This document shows, piece after piece, positions 29,607 through 39,746 of a stretch of DNA of 64,000 bases (the stretch's first letter is position 1; each line of letters begins with the position of its first letter). Below the pieces are notes generated by a model that saw only the letters and a list, made by a program, of their open reading frames with translations, ran no database searches and had not been told where the DNA came from. This stretch comes from an uncultured Prevotellaceae bacterium (GTDB taxonomy: Bacteria; Bacteroidota; Bacteroidia; Bacteroidales; Bacteroidaceae): contig CAMOTI010000155.1 of assembly GCA_946625675.1 (NCBI GenBank), positions 3,543-67,542 of the forward strand, in the 5' to 3' direction. Made by a program: the position numbers and the translations under genes.

Positions 29607-31001
29607 ATGAGAAAGAATAAAGATAAAAACATTAAGGAGAACCAACCCTTGGAGCAGACACCTTCCAATGAACAGACTGGAAACATGGAAACTCCAGCAT
29701 TGGCAGATGCGGCTGACGCTGTCGCAGATGAACCCTCCACAACTGAGGTTTCAAACGCAGAAAACAAGCCTGCTGTTGCAGACAGCCACGCTCGTGTCTA
29801 TGTCGACAATGAGGGAGAGCCCTTAGTCCAAGAACAGGAGGAGGAAACCTTGGACAAGCGACAAACGGACTACGCCGACAATGATGCTGATGACGTGGAG
29901 GAATATGACGAGGAAGATGAAGAAGATGATGAAGGAGTCAGAGTAGATGACGATGGAAGACTTGACCTGGTCAAAATTTACAAGACTCTGAAAAAATACT
30001 GGTGGATGATAGCACTGAACTGTGTTATTATCGGCGTCATAGCTGCACTGCTTATTGTGGAGGAACCAAGAACGTATCAGTCTTCTGTGTCGCTTGCACC
30101 TGAGTCTGAGTCATCTCCTACCGGAGGCTCTCTCTCTTCACTTGCGTCTTCTTTCGGTATTGACATAGGTAGTTTCTCTTCTTCCGACGCTATCCGTCCA
30201 GACCTCTATCCTGACTTGGTAGCATCGTCTGATTTTATCTTCGATTTGTTTAAGATTCCTGTCAAATCGCTTGATGGAAACATCTTTACTGACTACTACA
30301 CATACATGAAGAAGTATCAACGCAGCTCATGGTGGAGAAAAGACATGCAGGAGTTCATGAGAAAGTTCAAAGATAAGCCAAACGATCCAAAAGCCATTGC
30401 TGCCGGTGGAAATGGTTTGTCGGCTGACGGACAGCCAACAAGCAATGTGAGACTGCTCTCCTATGATGAACAATCCATCTTGGATGCCATAAAGGGGGCT
30501 GTCACCTGTACTGTCGACAAGCAAACCTTTACTGTGACTATCAATGTGATTGATCAGGATCCCTTGATTTGTGCTACTGTGGCGGATTCTGTGCGTTCAA
30601 AGATTCAGGCCTTCATCACAGACTACCGAACAAAAAAAGCGACAAAAGACTATAATTATTATTATAAACTGCTTGTACAGGCTAAAGATGAATATGAGAA
30701 AGCTTGTGCAGCATACGCAAAGTATGTGGACTCTCATCGTGACATCATTTTGCAAGCCTATATTTCCGAACGCGACCAGCTGGAAAACAATATGCAGCTG
30801 AAACTGAACACATACAATGCTATGCTCACTCAAGCACAGAATGCCAAAGCTAAAATTCAGGAATACACACCTGCTTTCACTGTGCTGGAGAATGCTGTCG
30901 TTCCAGTAAAGCCGTCAGGACCAAAACGGATGCTGTTCGTGCTGGGCTTTGTTTTTATGACATTTATCATCACATCTGTGATGATTGTGATGAAGGGCTA
31001 A
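29607..31001 (+). CDS. chain-length determinant (Wzz-type) protein with an acidic N-terminal extension; no kinase domain seen
   Basis: Start taken at MRKNKDK (29607) because the 29568 start overlaps the upstream gene. It has a Wzz-like TM1 (YWWMIALNCVIIGVIAALLIVEEPRTYQSS), a coiled-coil periplasmic region and a C-terminal TM. The N-terminus carries DADDVEEYDEEDEEDDEG. Confidence 0.7.
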   Translation: MRKNKDKNIKENQPLEQTPSNEQTGNMETPALADAADAVADEPSTTEVSNAENKPAVADSHARVYVDNEGEPLVQEQEEETLDKRQTDYADNDADDVEEYDEEDEEDDEGVRVDDDGRLDLVKIYKTLKKYWWMIALNCVIIGVIAALLIVEEPRTYQSSVSLAPESESSPTGGSLSSLASSFGIDIGSFSSSDAIRPDLYPDLVASSDFIFDLFKIPVKSLDGNIFTDYYTYMKKYQRSSWWRKDMQEFMRKFKDKPNDPKAIAAGGNGLSADGQPTSNVRLLSYDEQSILDAIKGAVTCTVDKQTFTVTINVIDQDPLICATVADSVRSKIQAFITDYRTKKATKDYNYYYKLLVQAKDEYEKACAAYAKYVDSHRDIILQAYISERDQLENNMQLKLNTYNAMLTQAQNAKAKIQEYTPAFTVLENAVVPVKPSGPKRMLFVLGFVFMTFIITSVMIVMKG

Positions 31002-31013
31002 AACTTGCTGGTA

Positions 31014-32546
31014 ATGGATAGAAACAAGCGGACTTTCATTAATGTGTTTGCGCAATATGTGAGGACTGTCATCAACATCTGCCTCTCATTATATACCACC
31101 AGACTGGTTACGCAAGCACTTGGAGAGTCTGATTATGGCCTTTTTATGGTTGTGGCCGGGGTCGTCACCATGCTTGCATTCCTTACGAATGCAATGGTCG
31201 TGACCACTCAGAGGCATCTCTCATTCTTTTATGGAAAGAACAATCTAAGAAAGGTCAAGTCCATCTTTTCTAATACGCTTTTTCTGCACATCACACTTGG
31301 CGTTTTGTTGGTGTTGCTTTTTTTGGCTATGATGCCCTTTCTTATTAATGAGAAGGATGGTTTTCTGAATATTAAGCCCGACAGGATTGAGGTGGCAAAA
31401 TACGTGTTCCTGCTTGCTGTGGCCAATATGTTCATTTCTTTTCTAACCGCACCTTTCAGGGGGTTGTTTATCGCAAGGGAAAATATTGTCTATATTTCTG
31501 TAGTCGACGTTTGTGATGGAATCTTAAAGGTTATACTGGTGCTTTTCATGCTCGTTTCCGATGCGGATAAGCTTTTGCTTTATGCTTTCATTCTTCTTTG
31601 TGTGCAATTACTCAATTTGCTTGCTTTTTCTTTGTTTGCCAAGTATAAATACGAAGAGTGTTCCTTGTTGCCAAAGATTAAGGATGTGAAAGGCGGTGAG
31701 ATAAAACGTATTTTCAGTTTCGCAGGATGGACGATATACAGTACTGCTTGCATCATTTTCAGAACTCAGGGAATAGCTGTTCTTCTGAACCGTTTTTTTG
31801 GTACAGTCATCAATTTTGCTTATGGCATTGCATCACAAGTGGCTGGGTCGGCTGCTTTTCTGGCTCAGGCGATCCTAAACGCCATGAGCCCTCGGGTTAT
31901 AAAGGCTGAAGGGGCAGGCGACAGAGAGGGTATGCTCAGATTGGCTGGAGTAACCAGTAAATTCTGCTTTCTTCTGCTTTCTATGTTTGCCATTCCACTT
32001 TGCTTCGAAATGATGACGATTCTGTCCTTATGGCTTGGAGAGGAGAGAGCGTCCGCTAATACCGTGTTCTTCTGTCAATGTGTGGTGATTGCGGCTATGT
32101 GCGACCAGTTGACGATTGGACTTGGTATCGCTAATCAAGCCATTGGGCGAATCCGAAACTACTCTTTGCTTGTCAATACGACCAAGGTCCTGACTTTGCC
32201 CCTCGTTTGGATGGCATTGACTTTAGAAATGAACGTCAAAGTGGTGATGTTTATTTATATTATCATGGAGTGTGTATGCTTCATATTGCGCCTTTTCTAT
32301 TTGAAGGCTACGACAACTCTTTCAATAGCGGCATATTCCAAACAAGTCTTTCTCAGAGTGATGCCACCAACACTTGCTTTGGTCGTTGTCTGCTTTCTAT
32401 GTACGATATTGCCACATACAAGCTATAGATTTGTCATCACATTCACGGTGGCGGTCATTGTCGATGTGATAGTAATATATTTTGCCTCGCTTGATTCCTC
32501 AGAGAAACAAATTGTCATCAATATTTTTAAGAAGTTAAAAAAATGA
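31014..32546 (+). CDS. oligosaccharide flippase (Wzx / MOP superfamily)
   Basis: About 510 aa with 12 or more hydrophobic segments, and the usual position for Wzx after Wzz. The ATG at 31014 is preferred over the non-ATG start at 31005. Confidence 0.8.
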   Translation: MDRNKRTFINVFAQYVRTVINICLSLYTTRLVTQALGESDYGLFMVVAGVVTMLAFLTNAMVVTTQRHLSFFYGKNNLRKVKSIFSNTLFLHITLGVLLVLLFLAMMPFLINEKDGFLNIKPDRIEVAKYVFLLAVANMFISFLTAPFRGLFIARENIVYISVVDVCDGILKVILVLFMLVSDADKLLLYAFILLCVQLLNLLAFSLFAKYKYEECSLLPKIKDVKGGEIKRIFSFAGWTIYSTACIIFRTQGIAVLLNRFFGTVINFAYGIASQVAGSAAFLAQAILNAMSPRVIKAEGAGDREGMLRLAGVTSKFCFLLLSMFAIPLCFEMMTILSLWLGEERASANTVFFCQCVVIAAMCDQLTIGLGIANQAIGRIRNYSLLVNTTKVLTLPLVWMALTLEMNVKVVMFIYIIMECVCFILRLFYLKATTTLSIAAYSKQVFLRVMPPTLALVVVCFLCTILPHTSYRFVITFTVAVIVDVIVIYFASLDSSEKQIVINIFKKLKK

Positions 32547-33439
32547 TAAATAAATACTTGCGTATTATCAGATACCACTTTTACAGGTTTTTATATCGGA
32601 ATTCTCCACAGAAGTGGGCTGGTGTACTTTATGAGCATTTACTCGGGAAAAAAATTGACTGGGAACATCCCAAAGACATCAACGAGAAAATCAACTGGCT
32701 CAAGTTCAATCATGACACAAGTTTGTGGACGCGATTGTCGGATAAGTACTTAATGAGAGAATACGTGGAAAGTTTGGGATACGCTGATAACTTGCCCATT
32801 CTTTACGGAAAGTGGGACAGGGCTGAGGATATCCAGTGGGAACTCCTTCCTGACTCTTTTGTGATGAAGGTGAATAACGGTAGTGGGGATGTTGTGATAT
32901 GCAAGGACAAGTCTCAGCTGGATATCCCGGCGGTTCAGGCTAAAATGAAGGAATTGCTTCAACTGAAGTTTGGCGACAGGTTGGTCGAGCCTCATTATAA
33001 CAACATAAAACCTTGTGTGATTGCAGAGGAGTTTCTCAACCCTAAATCACAAAATGTGGTGTCCGACGTGTTGGTCGACTATAAGATTTGGGTGCTCAGT
33101 GGGAAGGCTGAATATATCCTGGTTTGTTCTGACAGGACGAAAAGCAGCCTATGCCTTTCGATTTATGACAAGGACTGGAATTTCTATCCGCAATATACGA
33201 TTGAAACCAGCCATTCTACCACAACAACTAATAAACTACCGAAACCACAATCTCTGAATAAAATGCTGGAAATGGCTGTACGGTTAGCAGGAAATGAACC
33301 GCAGGTAAGAGTCGATTTCTATGAGATAGGAGGAAAACCATACGTTGGTGAGTTGACTTTTACATCATGTGCCGGTTTTCATGACTACTATTCTCAAGAG
33401 TTTCTGGATATATTAGGCAGTAAATGTGTGATTCAATAA
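32543..33439 (+). CDS. ATP-grasp fold amidoligase (TupA-like)
   Basis: 298 aa. DINEKINWLKF...DKYLMREYV...FVMKVNNGSGDV...GELTFTSCAGF matches my memory of the ATPgrasp_TupA family. 4-nt overlap with the wzx stop. Confidence 0.75.
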   Translation: MINKYLRIIRYHFYRFLYRNSPQKWAGVLYEHLLGKKIDWEHPKDINEKINWLKFNHDTSLWTRLSDKYLMREYVESLGYADNLPILYGKWDRAEDIQWELLPDSFVMKVNNGSGDVVICKDKSQLDIPAVQAKMKELLQLKFGDRLVEPHYNNIKPCVIAEEFLNPKSQNVVSDVLVDYKIWVLSGKAEYILVCSDRTKSSLCLSIYDKDWNFYPQYTIETSHSTTTTNKLPKPQSLNKMLEMAVRLAGNEPQVRVDFYEIGGKPYVGELTFTSCAGFHDYYSQEFLDILGSKCVIQ

Positions 33440-33513
33440 GGCATCACGTTTCATCTGCCATGACGATTGTCCTAAAGCATGGGAAATAACATATAAATGC
33501 ATGCCGATAATAA

Positions 33514-34341
33514 TTGACTTCAACAGAAAAACATATGACTATGAAAAGAGTAACTGTTGTCATACCCACATATAAGCCAGGGGAATATCTTGAGGATTGC
33601 GTGAAATCTTTTGCCAGGCAGACTCTGGATAAGAATCTCTTTGAAGTCATTATTGTGCTGAATGGGTGCCGGCAGCCCTATGACGACTATATTGTTCATC
33701 TCATTGATCAGTATTCAGACACGTTGAATGTCAGAATGATTCATACGGATACGGCTGGGGTGTCTAATGCAAGAAATATTGGATTAGAACAGTCTGACGC
33801 TGATTATGTTACTTTTATGGACGATGATGACTGGGCAACCGATGACTATCTCGCTCTCTTGCTTGAAAAAGCAGATAATCATTCGATTGTGGTAACTAAT
33901 ATGATAGATTTTTCTGAGGTTGACGGATCGCAGAAAAAAAGTTGGATGGCACAGGCATATGAGAATAACAAGAAAAGGAAGAATGTCACGATTATGTCTG
34001 CAAGAAGTTTCTTTTCGTCGGCATGCGGTAAGTTATTGCCGAGGGAGGTTATAGGGAATTGCAGGTTTAATACGAATTTCAAGCTTGGAGAGGACTCTCT
34101 GTTTATGGCCACCATCTCAAAGAATATTCAGGAAATCAAACTGGCTGAGCAGAACGCTGTATATATGAGAAGGGTCAGGGCCAAGTCGGCAGGACGCTCC
34201 AAACCCAAGTTTATGAGCAGGCTGGCCAATGTGAGCAGACAAGTGGGGGCATATGTCTCAACCTATCTGAAATCGCCCTTCAAGTATAATTTTTTGTTTT
34301 TCCTGTCAAGGATTGTGGCTGTTATCATCCGTTTTAAGTAA
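33514..34341 (+). CDS. glycosyltransferase family 2
   Basis: VTVVIPTYKPGEYLEDCVKSFARQT and a DDDD acidic motif. Alternative Met starts lie a few codons downstream. Confidence 0.85.
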   Translation: MTSTEKHMTMKRVTVVIPTYKPGEYLEDCVKSFARQTLDKNLFEVIIVLNGCRQPYDDYIVHLIDQYSDTLNVRMIHTDTAGVSNARNIGLEQSDADYVTFMDDDDWATDDYLALLLEKADNHSIVVTNMIDFSEVDGSQKKSWMAQAYENNKKRKNVTIMSARSFFSSACGKLLPREVIGNCRFNTNFKLGEDSLFMATISKNIQEIKLAEQNAVYMRRVRAKSAGRSKPKFMSRLANVSRQVGAYVSTYLKSPFKYNFLFFLSRIVAVIIRFK

Positions 34342-35541
34342 GACTGGGTCGCCTTTCGACTTTTCATTGACGATTTCTTTATAGTAATATGCCAATGACA
34401 ATAAAAACATGATAAAGAACACGTGATAGAATTCCATTACCATGATAAACATAAGGGTGGTTATTCCCATCAGTATATAGCTGGCATAAGAGTCAAAGTG
34501 GTTCAACAATCTTTTGATGGCTACCACACATATTGCCAAATACACACCAAGCAGAAGGATACCTCCCTCCAGCAGTTGCCCCAGAATGAAGTCATGAGGA
34601 CCGATGGCCTTGGCATGTAGGTAGGTGGTGAACCACTCCTTGTCCACACATCCATATCCGATGATTGGTGATTCACCTATCAGGGTCACTGACCTGTCCC
34701 ATAGATATGTACGGCCGGTGAAGGTGATGTCTTTACCCAGCACGTCTTCAATTATGTAGACTGCAAATTCGTTGTGATGGATGCCCTCACCATAAAACAC
34801 AATAAAAACCTGAAAAAACAGGAATACGGAGAATAGGCCCACAATGGCCATTTTCCTCAACTTCAGTGAGGGAATAAGGCAGAACAGGGAATACACCAAT
34901 ATGTTGGCGATAGATGTCATAGAGCCCACGATCAGAAGTGTGAAGACTGAGACTATAACGAGTAGCACTGTATTGAAAACCCACCATTTACTGTATCTCA
35001 CGCAGGCGACACTCGCAACAATCGCACACATCATTCTCGCGCCCATCTGATTATAATTTCCACCAAGAAGAAAGGCATCGCCAACTCTTACGGCTTCGAA
35101 CATCCATCCGGGAAACAATACCATTACAGCCAGATTGGCATAGATAATAAAGGAAAATACAAAACCACAGGATTTTATGATGACGGAAATATGGTCTTTA
35201 TAAAAAGCGAAGAGACATAAAGGCAGCAATACCTCAATGGTCATATAAATCACTGTCAGAATATTCATGCCGTTGAAAAGGGTGGATATAAATAAGACGG
35301 CAAAATATAAGATGGTCAATGCACCAAATACGGTTATTTTCTTTTCAGTGAGGTATAGTACACCCAAAAACACGAAACTCAATATGCTTAATCCTAACAC
35401 TGCGTATGACAACATCTGAGTCGCAGGAAACAGATACAATGATACGCAAGCCCTTATCAATAGGACCGCGCACATGCAGAATGGTATCCATTTTATTTCC
35501 TTCAGATATAAATGCATAGAATTACTATCGTTTAAATCCAA
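34306..35541 (-). CDS. O-antigen polymerase/ligase-like membrane protein (Wzy candidate)
   Basis: 411 aa with about 10-12 TM segments and a larger loop, in a polysaccharide locus. Its 3' end overlaps the convergent GT2 gene by 36 bp. Confidence 0.65.
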   Translation of the reverse strand: MDLNDSNSMHLYLKEIKWIPFCMCAVLLIRACVSLYLFPATQMLSYAVLGLSILSFVFLGVLYLTEKKITVFGALTILYFAVLFISTLFNGMNILTVIYMTIEVLLPLCLFAFYKDHISVIIKSCGFVFSFIIYANLAVMVLFPGWMFEAVRVGDAFLLGGNYNQMGARMMCAIVASVACVRYSKWWVFNTVLLVIVSVFTLLIVGSMTSIANILVYSLFCLIPSLKLRKMAIVGLFSVFLFFQVFIVFYGEGIHHNEFAVYIIEDVLGKDITFTGRTYLWDRSVTLIGESPIIGYGCVDKEWFTTYLHAKAIGPHDFILGQLLEGGILLLGVYLAICVVAIKRLLNHFDSYASYILMGITTLMFIMVMEFYHVFFIMFLLSLAYYYKEIVNEKSKGDPVLLKTDDNSHNP

Positions 35542-36426
35542 CTATAATACTAATTTCTTTCCCATTGCCTTGTCAAAAGCATCAGAGAAATAGGGGAAAA
35601 CGCAGCATGCAGGAGAAAAGGTCATTTCACCAAAGAGAATTTTCCCTTCGTATTCATATAAATCAATCCTGACAAACTTGAAGTCTTTCGACAATTCTGC
35701 AGCGATTTCTTTCATCCTGTCAAATTGTTTGGGTTTTGGTATGTCGGAAGGGCCTCTTTTCTCATTTTTGTAATCTACGATTTCATCAATGAAGTTCCAC
35801 TCCATGTCAAAAAGACTTAAAAGAACTCCCATGCTCTCACCCTTTTTGTCGCTCCTGCCAGAACAAACAAGGCAAAACTCGGGCTTGCCGTTGAGACAAT
35901 GGAACTTATAGTCTATAAGTCCGTTCATGTCCTCTATATACTGCTCTGCATAAATTCTTGGAGGAATACTTAAATAATGGGGCTCCATTGAATATGTGCC
36001 GTATGTGGTCTGCAGCCATTTTCTCATTACTCCCTTGCATTCTTCCTCGTCTAACCTGTTCTTGTCCTTGACGATATAGTTCATTCTGCATCCATGGGTG
36101 GCTTTTAATATGAATGTTTCAGGAAGTTTTTTGAAGTCTATCTTGTCAACCGAGTCTGTCGGTTCTAAAATTATGGGAATCAAGATGTCCTTAAAACCTT
36201 TTTGGACTACGTATTTCCTCACTTCTGCTTTGTCTGTACACATTGGGGCTAATGGTGACTGATCATGCAATTCGATATACGATACTTTGTCGGACAGTGA
36301 CTCGGGATTCTTCAAATTGATTTTTCTGTGGAATCTTAGTTTTGAATCAAATTGTTTCGCAGCATTAATCCCTGCTATTTTTGTTATCGCAGAAAGGAGC
36401 CATCCATATATTTTTTTTACATTCAT
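35542..36426 (-). CDS. ATP-grasp fold amidoligase (TupA-like), second copy
   Basis: 294 aa. LSDKVSYIEL...DKAEVRKYV...FILKATHGCRMN...GEMTFSPACCVF is paralogous to 32543-33439. Its stop abuts the Wzy start with no spacer. Confidence 0.75.
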   Translation of the reverse strand: MNVKKIYGWLLSAITKIAGINAAKQFDSKLRFHRKINLKNPESLSDKVSYIELHDQSPLAPMCTDKAEVRKYVVQKGFKDILIPIILEPTDSVDKIDFKKLPETFILKATHGCRMNYIVKDKNRLDEEECKGVMRKWLQTTYGTYSMEPHYLSIPPRIYAEQYIEDMNGLIDYKFHCLNGKPEFCLVCSGRSDKKGESMGVLLSLFDMEWNFIDEIVDYKNEKRGPSDIPKPKQFDRMKEIAAELSKDFKFVRIDLYEYEGKILFGEMTFSPACCVFPYFSDAFDKAMGKKLVL

Positions 36427-36781
36427 ATTCTTTAAACATCAAGTTCACAACACTTTACATCTTTTATGTAAATATTTTTGAGTCCTTGAACAACAATGTG
36501 CTGCTGAAGGCTGAACTTTGCTATTTCTTTTACCATGCTTTGTCATGTCTATAAAGCTGGGAAAAAATACAAAAATCAAAGCAAAGATACAAAAAAAACA
36601 TGAAATGCCAACATTTTTTGCAGGATTATTTATCACATTATTGAATGTTGCCATTTTTATTCCTGGTGTATTGCAGAATGTGCCTGGACTCTTTTTTTTT
36701 TCAATTTTAAGCCCATAATGGCAGTCTGATGAGGAAAAGGTTTGGTTTTTTTTGCCTTTTCTGTTTTTTTTGCAATTTTAT

Positions 36782-36813
36782 TTTGTCATCATGTACTTCT
36801 TTTTGTAACTTTG
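36782..36813 (+). promoter_or_regulatory. Bacteroidetes promoter (-33 TTTG, 20-nt spacer, -7 TAACTTTG) for the GH16 gene
   Basis: TTTG at 36782-36785 and TAACTTTG at 36806-36813. The preferred ATG at 36837 lies 24 nt downstream. Confidence 0.65.
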
Positions 36814-36836
36814 TATTCCACATAATTGAAGTTGTT

Positions 36837-37703
36837 ATGAGTAGAAAAAATACCTTTTGGGCCTTTTTGATAGTATCCCTATTTCTCTTGGGCGGGATTG
36901 TCGTGAAGTTGACGGCATCCGACAACACAATTGTAATCTCTAGTCAACGCCCTTATTCATCGCCTGAGTATCGGCTGGACTGGGAAGAGAATTTCGACGG
37001 GAAAAAACTGGATGAGACAAAATGGAGCAAATGCAAACGCCGCACTAGCCAGTGGAACCGCCACATGTCGAACGAGGACCGTCTGTATCAGCTGAAGAAA
37101 GGGCGTCTGCGCCTTTACTGTATGAACAACACAGGATGGGCGAAGGGGGACACTGCAAGAGTTGTGACTGGCGGCATTACCACAGAGAATAAATACACGG
37201 TTCTTGAGGGAAAGGTCGAGGTTCGCGCGCGTATGTCGAGTGTGATGGGTTGTTGGCCAGCGATTTGGATGGGACACAACAAGAACACTAAGGGAGTGAC
37301 CGACCCGAAATATGCTGAGATTGACATAATGGAGCATTTCAATCTGGACAAGAAGATTCAGCATAACACACACAACGCACACTTGTACAACAGGAAGAAG
37401 GCTAACTCAAGGGAGAGCCTTAAGTTTGTTGATGTGGATCCTGGCAAATGGCACGTATATTCAGTTGAGATTCTGAAAGATGCGTTAGTTTTCAGAGTGG
37501 ATGATAACGTCACGTTTACATATCCTCGTAAGTTGGAGTATGTGTCCGAGGGGCAATATCCTTACACTGTATATCCTGAGTTTTTGATTTTGAGTATGCA
37601 GTGGGGGACGAAGTCTGCAAAATATCTTGACACAAAATCTCTTCCAGCTTATATTGAATTTGATTGGGTGAGAGTGTATAAGCCTAAGAACCAAAGGAGT
37701 TAG
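36837..37703 (+). CDS. glycoside hydrolase family 16
   Basis: Catalytic EIDIME (ExDxxE) preceded by GCWPAIWM. Start taken at MSRKNTFWAF (signal/anchor) just downstream of a consensus promoter. The ORF is open from 36729. Confidence 0.8.
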   Translation: MSRKNTFWAFLIVSLFLLGGIVVKLTASDNTIVISSQRPYSSPEYRLDWEENFDGKKLDETKWSKCKRRTSQWNRHMSNEDRLYQLKKGRLRLYCMNNTGWAKGDTARVVTGGITTENKYTVLEGKVEVRARMSSVMGCWPAIWMGHNKNTKGVTDPKYAEIDIMEHFNLDKKIQHNTHNAHLYNRKKANSRESLKFVDVDPGKWHVYSVEILKDALVFRVDDNVTFTYPRKLEYVSEGQYPYTVYPEFLILSMQWGTKSAKYLDTKSLPAYIEFDWVRVYKPKNQRS

Positions 37704-37769
37704 TTCTTATGCATTTATTCCTATGTACCATCCTTCTGATACGGACGGAATAAAAAAAACTTTGAATAC

Positions 37770-38681
37770 TCAATTTGCGGATTCTGATTTCTGCCTGAGA
37801 CTCTTAAGGTAATCCATGTAGGATTTGAGTTGATCGTATAGTTCTTGGTTACCCTTGCCGAGTTTTAGCTTCAGCCATTCTCGGAAGAGTAACATCCGGT
37901 TGTTACGGATGCGGTTCTTCACGGTTTTTGTTTTCGAGTAACCTTTTTTCTCATTTTGACGTATTGCCACCTCAACCAGCTTCTTTTGATAAGAGAGCGT
38001 TGGCTTTCGCTCGAGGGTCTGATGGATGTATCGAAGGCTGGGGTTATATACCATGTTGGCTCCATGCTTCTGTTTCATCCTGAAGTGGATATCATCCTCT
38101 TCGCCGTACATGAAAACACTCTCATCGAATAGACCGATGGATTCGAAGAGGGATTTACGGATAAAGAAACAACTTCCAGAGAAATGCATGTACTTGGGGT
38201 TGAAATAGTCCCGTCTGTTGGCGAGTGCTGTCATGATGGTGTAGACGTAGCCATTCATCATATAGGTGCAGCTGATGGAATTATGGCTAGGTATGTTCTT
38301 CGTCAGCATTTGTTTCATGCCGTACATGCTGATATTTGGTTGAGCCTCCATGTGCTCTACGGCTGTCCTAAAGACCGGCTGTATCAGCCTGATATCGGGA
38401 TTCATGATGAGGATGATTGGAGCCTCTGCCTCTTTGATTCCAACATTGTTTCCTTGTCCATAGCCACCGTTTCCTTTGGGATTTTTTATCAGCCGGATAT
38501 TACTGGGATAGTCGGTTCTGATTTTCGAAAACATCTCATCTACGAGTTTGCTGTCGTTATCAACAACGATAATCTCGAATTCATCATGTGATAAGTCGGA
38601 TTGTGAATATATAGAATCGAGACATTGGAAGATGTCTTTTTCGGAATTATAAGTTACAATTATGATGGAGAGCCTTATCAT
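37770..38681 (-). CDS. glycosyltransferase family 2
   Basis: LSIIIVTYNSEKDIFQCLDSIYSQ, VVDNDS, and GGYGQGNN. Confidence 0.85.
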   Translation of the reverse strand: MIRLSIIIVTYNSEKDIFQCLDSIYSQSDLSHDEFEIIVVDNDSKLVDEMFSKIRTDYPSNIRLIKNPKGNGGYGQGNNVGIKEAEAPIILIMNPDIRLIQPVFRTAVEHMEAQPNISMYGMKQMLTKNIPSHNSISCTYMMNGYVYTIMTALANRRDYFNPKYMHFSGSCFFIRKSLFESIGLFDESVFMYGEEDDIHFRMKQKHGANMVYNPSLRYIHQTLERKPTLSYQKKLVEVAIRQNEKKGYSKTKTVKNRIRNNRMLLFREWLKLKLGKGNQELYDQLKSYMDYLKSLRQKSESAN

Positions 38682-39715
38682 GCGTCATTTTTGTGTTCTC
38701 GTTCTAATTCGTTTATTTTTTTCTTGATTGCCGTGGAAGTTCTGATAAGGAAAGGCAGGAATGCCAGTTGTCTTGCCCTCTTCCAAGGTATCAGATAATT
38801 CAACATCTGGCAACATTTTACTTTAATGATAAACGATAAAGCTTTTTGTTTATTATATTTTCGGATGCAATTTGCCATGTCGGTGGCAAATTGTTTGTCG
38901 AGTTTTGCTCTTATGACGCTATAATATATCTTCAAGGCTCCTTCTGTGATGTCCTTGTCGTATTTGTGGCCATATTGGGCAATGATGGTGCTGAAAAACT
39001 TGTCTATGGCGTAGATATGACTTTTTTTGTGTGCATCGGAAATTATCCCTGACGAGACTGACGATGAATTGGATACTATTCTGTAGGCATAGTCCGGACG
39101 GACCTGTGCATAGTCGTATTTTAAGCCTTTGAGCAGGGCCTGGAGATTGAAGTCTGCGTCTTGAAGTGACTTGAGGTGGATGTCCCACCTGATGCCGGAT
39201 TTTACGAGGCTGTCGTGGCGGTAAATATTGTTCCAGACAATAAAGGGGAGATTTCTCCGGGCGAACATCTGTAAGTCGTTGTCATAGAGTTTGTGCCCGA
39301 AAACCATTGCGTCGGGGGTTGGGTCGAGTTCACCTTCTGTCAGCCTTCCCGATGGGAAAACCATAAAGTCTAAATCTGGCCTTGACTTGATGGCTTTGAC
39401 GCGGTTCTCAAGGCATGTGGGGGTGACTAGGTCGTCCGAGTCAAAGAAGATGATGAACTGTCCATGAGAATGGTCAAGACCTTTATTCCGGCAGGTCTGT
39501 GGACCTTTGGGCTCGTTGGCCTCTCGCCTTATCACTTTTACTCTGGAGTCTGACTCCTGGTAGGACTGCAGTAAGTTGAGGGTGGCCTTGTCTGAACCGT
39601 CGTCTACAGCGATAAGCTCGAATGCCTTATAGGTGTTTGCAAGGATGCTGTCAATCATCACCTTGGTAGTGTCTGGATGATTGAAGACGGGCATGATTAT
39701 GGACAATTCACACAT
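38678..39715 (-). CDS. glycosyltransferase family 2
   Basis: LSIIMPVFNHPDTTKVMIDSILANTY, AVDDGSD, and FFDSDD. Confidence 0.85.
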   Translation of the reverse strand: MCELSIIMPVFNHPDTTKVMIDSILANTYKAFELIAVDDGSDKATLNLLQSYQESDSRVKVIRREANEPKGPQTCRNKGLDHSHGQFIIFFDSDDLVTPTCLENRVKAIKSRPDLDFMVFPSGRLTEGELDPTPDAMVFGHKLYDNDLQMFARRNLPFIVWNNIYRHDSLVKSGIRWDIHLKSLQDADFNLQALLKGLKYDYAQVRPDYAYRIVSNSSSVSSGIISDAHKKSHIYAIDKFFSTIIAQYGHKYDKDITEGALKIYYSVIRAKLDKQFATDMANCIRKYNKQKALSFIIKVKCCQMLNYLIPWKRARQLAFLPFLIRTSTAIKKKINELEREHKNDA

Positions 39716-39746
39716 ATTATCACAAAGTATGGCTATGCAGGAATTA

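Noticed and set aside
36729-36836. Longer N-terminal versions of several ORFs (GH16 from 36729, Wzz from 29568, the DUF5689-like gene from 16147, trpC from 53928, the DUF6057-like gene from 11183)
   Set aside because: In each case an internal Met gives a proper signal peptide or conserved N-terminus. The extension either overlaps the upstream gene, a promoter or repeat sequence, or is a short unsupported leader.
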